DNA of 64,000 bases, taken from assembly GCA_041645495.1 (NCBI GenBank), contig JBAZPZ010000003.1, positions 849-64,848 on the forward strand. The letters are read 5' to 3'. The notes below the pieces were generated by a model. It had not been told where the DNA came from. It worked only from the letters and a program-made list of their open reading frames with translations, and did no database searches. The translations under genes and the position numbers were made by a program. How positions within the stretch are numbered: position 1 is the stretch's first letter; each line of letters opens with the position of its first letter. Source of the stretch: Fidelibacterota bacterium (lineage in GTDB: Bacteria > Fidelibacterota > UBA2242). Positions 60,648 to 64,000 of the stretch are shown here, in pieces.

Positions 60648-61460
60648 TTAAAGTTCGGCCATACAGTTTCGCACTTTTTTCACTTTCGTCATCAGCGATT
60701 GAAACATCTCCGGTGTCAACTGCTGGTCTTTGTCGCTCAGCGCTTCGGCGGGATTGAAATGTACTTCGATGACGAGGCCGTCCACGCCGGCCGCAACCGC
60801 CGCAAGACTCATAGGTTCAATCAGGCTGAGTTTGCCGGTTCCGTGCGACGGATCGACAAAAATCGGCAGGTGCGTCGTCTCTTTGACGGACGGAACGATG
60901 CTGAGATCGAGCGTGTTTCGCGTATAGGTTTCAAACGTCCGGATGCCGCGTTCGCAGAGAATGACGTTCGGATTTCCTTCGGATAAAATATATTCGGCAC
61001 AGTTCAACCATTCCTCGAGCGTCGAATACATCCCGCGTTTCAAAAGCACCGGTTTGTTGGATTTGCCGACTTCCTTCAGAAGCGAGAAATTCTGCATGTT
61101 GCGCGCGCCGATCTGGAGAACATCGATATATTCGCATATCCAGGAAACGTCCCGCGAATCGAGCACTTCGGTCACAACGGGCAGACCGGTTTCCTTTTTC
61201 GCTTTTTCTAAAATTTTCAACCCTTTCAGCCCAAGTCCCTGAAAAGCGTACGGAGATGTTCGCGGTTTGAATGCGCCGCCCCGTAACATATTTCCGCCTG
61301 CCGCTTTGACCGCCAGCGCCGTTTTGATCGTCTGCATTTCGCTTTCGACCGCGCACGGCCCGGCGATGACGACAAAATCTTCTCCGATTCGAATATCTCC
61401 GACCGGAATGATGGTTTTTCGATGCGTTTCGCTTAACGCCGTTAATTTTAAATTTTTCAT
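60648..61460 (-). CDS. 3-deoxy-7-phosphoheptulonate (DAHP) synthase, short class I-beta / KDO8PS-like type
   Basis: 270 aa of the same family as KdsA (IAGPCAVESEMQT). First gene of the aro operon. Confidence 0.8.
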   Translation of the reverse strand: MKNLKLTALSETHRKTIIPVGDIRIGEDFVVIAGPCAVESEMQTIKTALAVKAAGGNMLRGGAFKPRTSPYAFQGLGLKGLKILEKAKKETGLPVVTEVLDSRDVSWICEYIDVLQIGARNMQNFSLLKEVGKSNKPVLLKRGMYSTLEEWLNCAEYILSEGNPNVILCERGIRTFETYTRNTLDLSIVPSVKETTHLPIFVDPSHGTGKLSLIEPMSLAAVAAGVDGLVIEVHFNPAEALSDKDQQLTPEMFQSLMTKVKKVRNCMAEL

Positions 61461-61668
61461 CCTGTAAAATTAATCTCCCTGAATGCCGACACCCGCAGAG
61501 TCCGACGATTTATCGTCCTATACTTTGCTTTGTCAACAATTCTTCCCAATACCTATAAATCGAAATGAAAATGAACTACCAAAACCCGATTGGGAATTTA
61601 AGTGCGAAGTCCAATAATTGCAACGCCCTTTAAATATCTTCTCCGATCGGCGATCGAGTGTCAGTTTT

Positions 61669-63531
61669 TTAGTTCGGAGAATATTTAAGAAGAACGATTT
61701 TTCCATCCATAATAGAAGCGACGACTTCGGTTCGGCTTAACGGAATGACATTATTGACCAAACCGAAACCGATCCGACATTTCCAAAGAACAGCGCCCGT
61801 TTTAGCATCCATCGCATAGACAAATCCGTCCTTCGTTCCAAAAAACAGCGTCCCGTCTTTCTCGACCGGCAGAGATGGATCGATGTCATAGCCGTATGTT
61901 CCGGAAGTCGCCCATTTAATCTTCATCGTTGGAGAACCGCCCTCGATTGCGAAAACCGAGTCCTGAATCGTTCGCGCAAAAACCGTTGCGCCGTCTTCGG
62001 AAATCCCAACGTTTTCACGAACCTGAAACCGTTTTGAGCGCCAAATCGTCTTTCCGGTTTTCGCTTCGATGCATGATAAAAAACGATCCGGCGCCGCGAT
62101 GTAAACTTTATCGCCGGAAGCGACCGGAATACATGCCGCAGGCGAATACAAGACGCCCGGACGACCATCTTGCCACTTCCATTCGAGTTTGCCGGTTTGC
62201 GAATTCAGGGCGTAGAGACAACCGTCCCACGCTCCAAAAATCACTCGCTCTTCATGAACGAGCGGCTGTGTCTCGACAAAACCAACGACGTCCGAAAATT
62301 TCCACTTGATTTCCCCGGTTTTCAGATCGATTGCCCGAAAAATACCATCGCTCGATCCGATATAAACAACATCCTGAAAAATGACCGGAACAGCCACAGC
62401 CGGTGCGTTTGTGCGAACTTTCCAATTCAATTTTCCGGTCGATGTGTTCAGACAATAAATCGACGAGTCCGTCGAACCGACGACCGTTATATTTCCAGAA
62501 ACGGCGGCGGAAGAAAAAACGGGATCGCCGGTCTGGAACCGCCAGACTTCCTTACCGGTTTTCAGCGAAATCGCTCGAACAACTCCGTCGCCAGAGCCGA
62601 TAATCACTTTTCCATCTGCGACTGTCGGAGATGATGCCAACGTGTACTTTGTGTCGAACTCCCAAATCTTCCGGACATTCAGACTACTGCTGTCCGGTGA
62701 AGAGTAAAGTCTGCAAGACCGCCGATCATTGGTTTCGGTTTTTTGATTTTTCAGTAAAATTCTCCCCCACACTTCCGATGTTCGGATTCCGGGCGTCCGT
62801 TCGCAGAAAGTCATCGAATCCGGATACGCGTTTACTATCGTGAAACCGCCAATTTCCTGGTTTCCACGCAGGTTTGAACGGCTCATCACGCCGGGAATTC
62901 CTTCATATTCGGTGATTCGATTCGAATGTCCGTGACCATGCAAAATTGCCTGAACGTTATTGGCTTTTGCCAAATCGGCCACTTCGAACCAATTGCTGAC
63001 GGAATTATCCAGCGGATAGTGCATGATAAAAATCGTCTTTAGGTTTGATTTTTTATGTTTTTTTAGCGTTTTCTCAATCCACCGAACGTCTTCCGGGGAA
63101 ACGTATCCGTCGCCCATCCGCATCAGCGGTCCCTGATGGAAACCGAGAAATTGAAAACCTTTATACTCAAACCAAAACTCGTCGTCGCCCCACAATTTTC
63201 GGAATTTAGTTCCGCCTGAAGACGACCATTTGAGTTCATGGTTGCCCGGAATGATGTGATATGGTTTGATCAGTTTATCCAGAATCGCTTTGGCTGTATC
63301 CAGATTTCCGTTGACGTCCATTTCAGTAACATCGCCGGAGATGATTGTAAAATCGATTCCCTCAAGAGAATTGATGTCCGAAACCGATCTCCGTAAGTCA
63401 ACCGCCGCCGACTCCGAACCAACGTGCGTGTCCGAAAGCCATGCAAATCGAAACAACGGTTCGGTAGAAAACGCCTCCGATATGAAAACTGACAGAAAAA
63501 GTAAATAAATCACACAACGACGATACTTCAT
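61669..63531 (-). CDS. Secreted metallophosphoesterase fused to a PQQ-like beta-propeller
   Basis: Signal peptide from MKYRRCVIYLLFL. Calcineurin-like phosphoesterase motifs (WLSDTHVG, GDVTE, GNHE, GHGH), then repeated beta-propeller blades (GKLNWK, GEIKWKF, GKLEWKW). Confidence 0.7.
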   Translation of the reverse strand: MKYRRCVIYLLFLSVFISEAFSTEPLFRFAWLSDTHVGSESAAVDLRRSVSDINSLEGIDFTIISGDVTEMDVNGNLDTAKAILDKLIKPYHIIPGNHELKWSSSGGTKFRKLWGDDEFWFEYKGFQFLGFHQGPLMRMGDGYVSPEDVRWIEKTLKKHKKSNLKTIFIMHYPLDNSVSNWFEVADLAKANNVQAILHGHGHSNRITEYEGIPGVMSRSNLRGNQEIGGFTIVNAYPDSMTFCERTPGIRTSEVWGRILLKNQKTETNDRRSCRLYSSPDSSSLNVRKIWEFDTKYTLASSPTVADGKVIIGSGDGVVRAISLKTGKEVWRFQTGDPVFSSAAVSGNITVVGSTDSSIYCLNTSTGKLNWKVRTNAPAVAVPVIFQDVVYIGSSDGIFRAIDLKTGEIKWKFSDVVGFVETQPLVHEERVIFGAWDGCLYALNSQTGKLEWKWQDGRPGVLYSPAACIPVASGDKVYIAAPDRFLSCIEAKTGKTIWRSKRFQVRENVGISEDGATVFARTIQDSVFAIEGGSPTMKIKWATSGTYGYDIDPSLPVEKDGTLFFGTKDGFVYAMDAKTGAVLWKCRIGFGLVNNVIPLSRTEVVASIMDGKIVLLKYSPN

Positions 63532-63626
63532 TCCACACCTTCCTGATTCTGACTTAGCCAATAAGCGTAAGTAATTTGAACGATTCGACTGGAATTTCCA
63601 ATATTGACCCTAATAACTATAAATGA

Positions 63627-63652
63627 AAAATCCCGTCTGTGCGGGATTTTTT
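63627..63652 (-). terminator. Rho-independent terminator hairpin AAAAATCCCG-tctgtg-CGGGATTTTTT (bidirectional form)
   Basis: GC-rich stem flanked by an A-run and a T-run, downstream of the minus-strand GIY-YIG gene. Confidence 0.55.
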
Positions 63653-63708
63653 GTAGCGGGGAGAGGATTTCCGCCTGTGGCGGATAAACTCCCCCCTGAC
63701 CTTTGGGT

Positions 63709-63770
63709 CGGAGCGAAGCGGAGATTCGCCGTGGTGAACCGGAGCGAAGCGGAGATTCGCCTTGGTGAAT
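63709..63770. repeat. Two tandem 31-bp direct repeats, CGGAGCGAAGCGGAGATTCGCC(G/T)TGGTGAA(C/T)
   Basis: Units at 63709-63739 and 63740-63770, immediately 3-prime of the GIY-YIG gene stop. Each unit contains a small GCGAA...TTCGC stem. Confidence 0.5.
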
Positions 63771-64000
63771 TATGAGCCCAACTTACTCACCATCTCCTGA
63801 ATCCATTTCCTACCAACGCCGGTTTTAAGCCACCTTTCCCGTCTGACCGCTTCAGTTCGCGTCTCGTGGTTTTCCTGATAAAGCAACACCCAATTATTTC
63901 CACGCTTCGTCCAGCGTGAATGCGCGGAATTGTGCTCTTTCAGACGACGATTGAAGTCGTTCGTCTGACCGATATAAATGTATCCTTCCTCGCTCCGTAT
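63770..64000 (-). CDS. GIY-YIG nuclease-domain protein (partial; N-terminus beyond window end)
   Basis: The minus-strand translation reads ...EEGYIYIGQTNDFNRRLKEHNSAHSRWTKRGNNWVLLYQENHETRTEAVRREKWLKTGVGRKWIQEMVSKLGS, the canonical small GIY-YIG module (GIY / YIG, R, E, N). Confidence 0.7.
   Translation of the reverse strand: MRSEEGYIYIGQTNDFNRRLKEHNSAHSRWTKRGNNWVLLYQENHETRTEAVRRERWLKTGVGRKWIQEMVSKLGS

Overview
This 64-kb window comes from what appears to be a Gram-negative, Shine-Dalgarno-using, flagellated bacterium that uses selenocysteine. It is mostly core genes.

Core content:
- thrA-thrB-thrC.
- A long minus-strand block: selB-selA, msbA, tsaC, an lpxL-like gene, ispG, fliG-fliF-motB-motA, TPR/CpoB-like envelope genes, an amidohydrolase, argF, hslVU, rpoN, lptB/lptC, kdsDCA-pyrG-kdsB, gatC, argS, rsfS, panCB.
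- A complete shikimate/Phe/Tyr operon: DAHP synthase, aroB, aroD, aroE/K, aroA, aroC, pheA, tyrA.

Accessory content:
- About 4 kb (5688-9790) is wedged between a truncated argD-like remnant and selB. It is organised like an integron cassette array without an integrase. Two well-formed attC sites (7390-7452 and 7984-8041) delimit three cassettes:
  - a Dam-like methyltransferase plus HNH endonuclease (a type II R-M pair);
  - a 172-aa putative PD-(D/E)xK protein;
  - an overlapping two-gene module: a 207-aa unknown protein followed by a 360-aa protein with an unknown N-terminal domain fused to an Mrr-type nuclease domain. This module is the best candidate for an undescribed defence or toxin-immunity system.
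- The 207-aa gene has a second, diverged copy at the window start.
- A ~90-bp repeat carrying tandem 15-bp palindromes sits upstream of both copies' loci.
- An IS1/IS1595-like insertion sequence with a homopolymer frameshift lies between mtnA and tyrA.

No tRNA, rRNA or CRISPR array was found.
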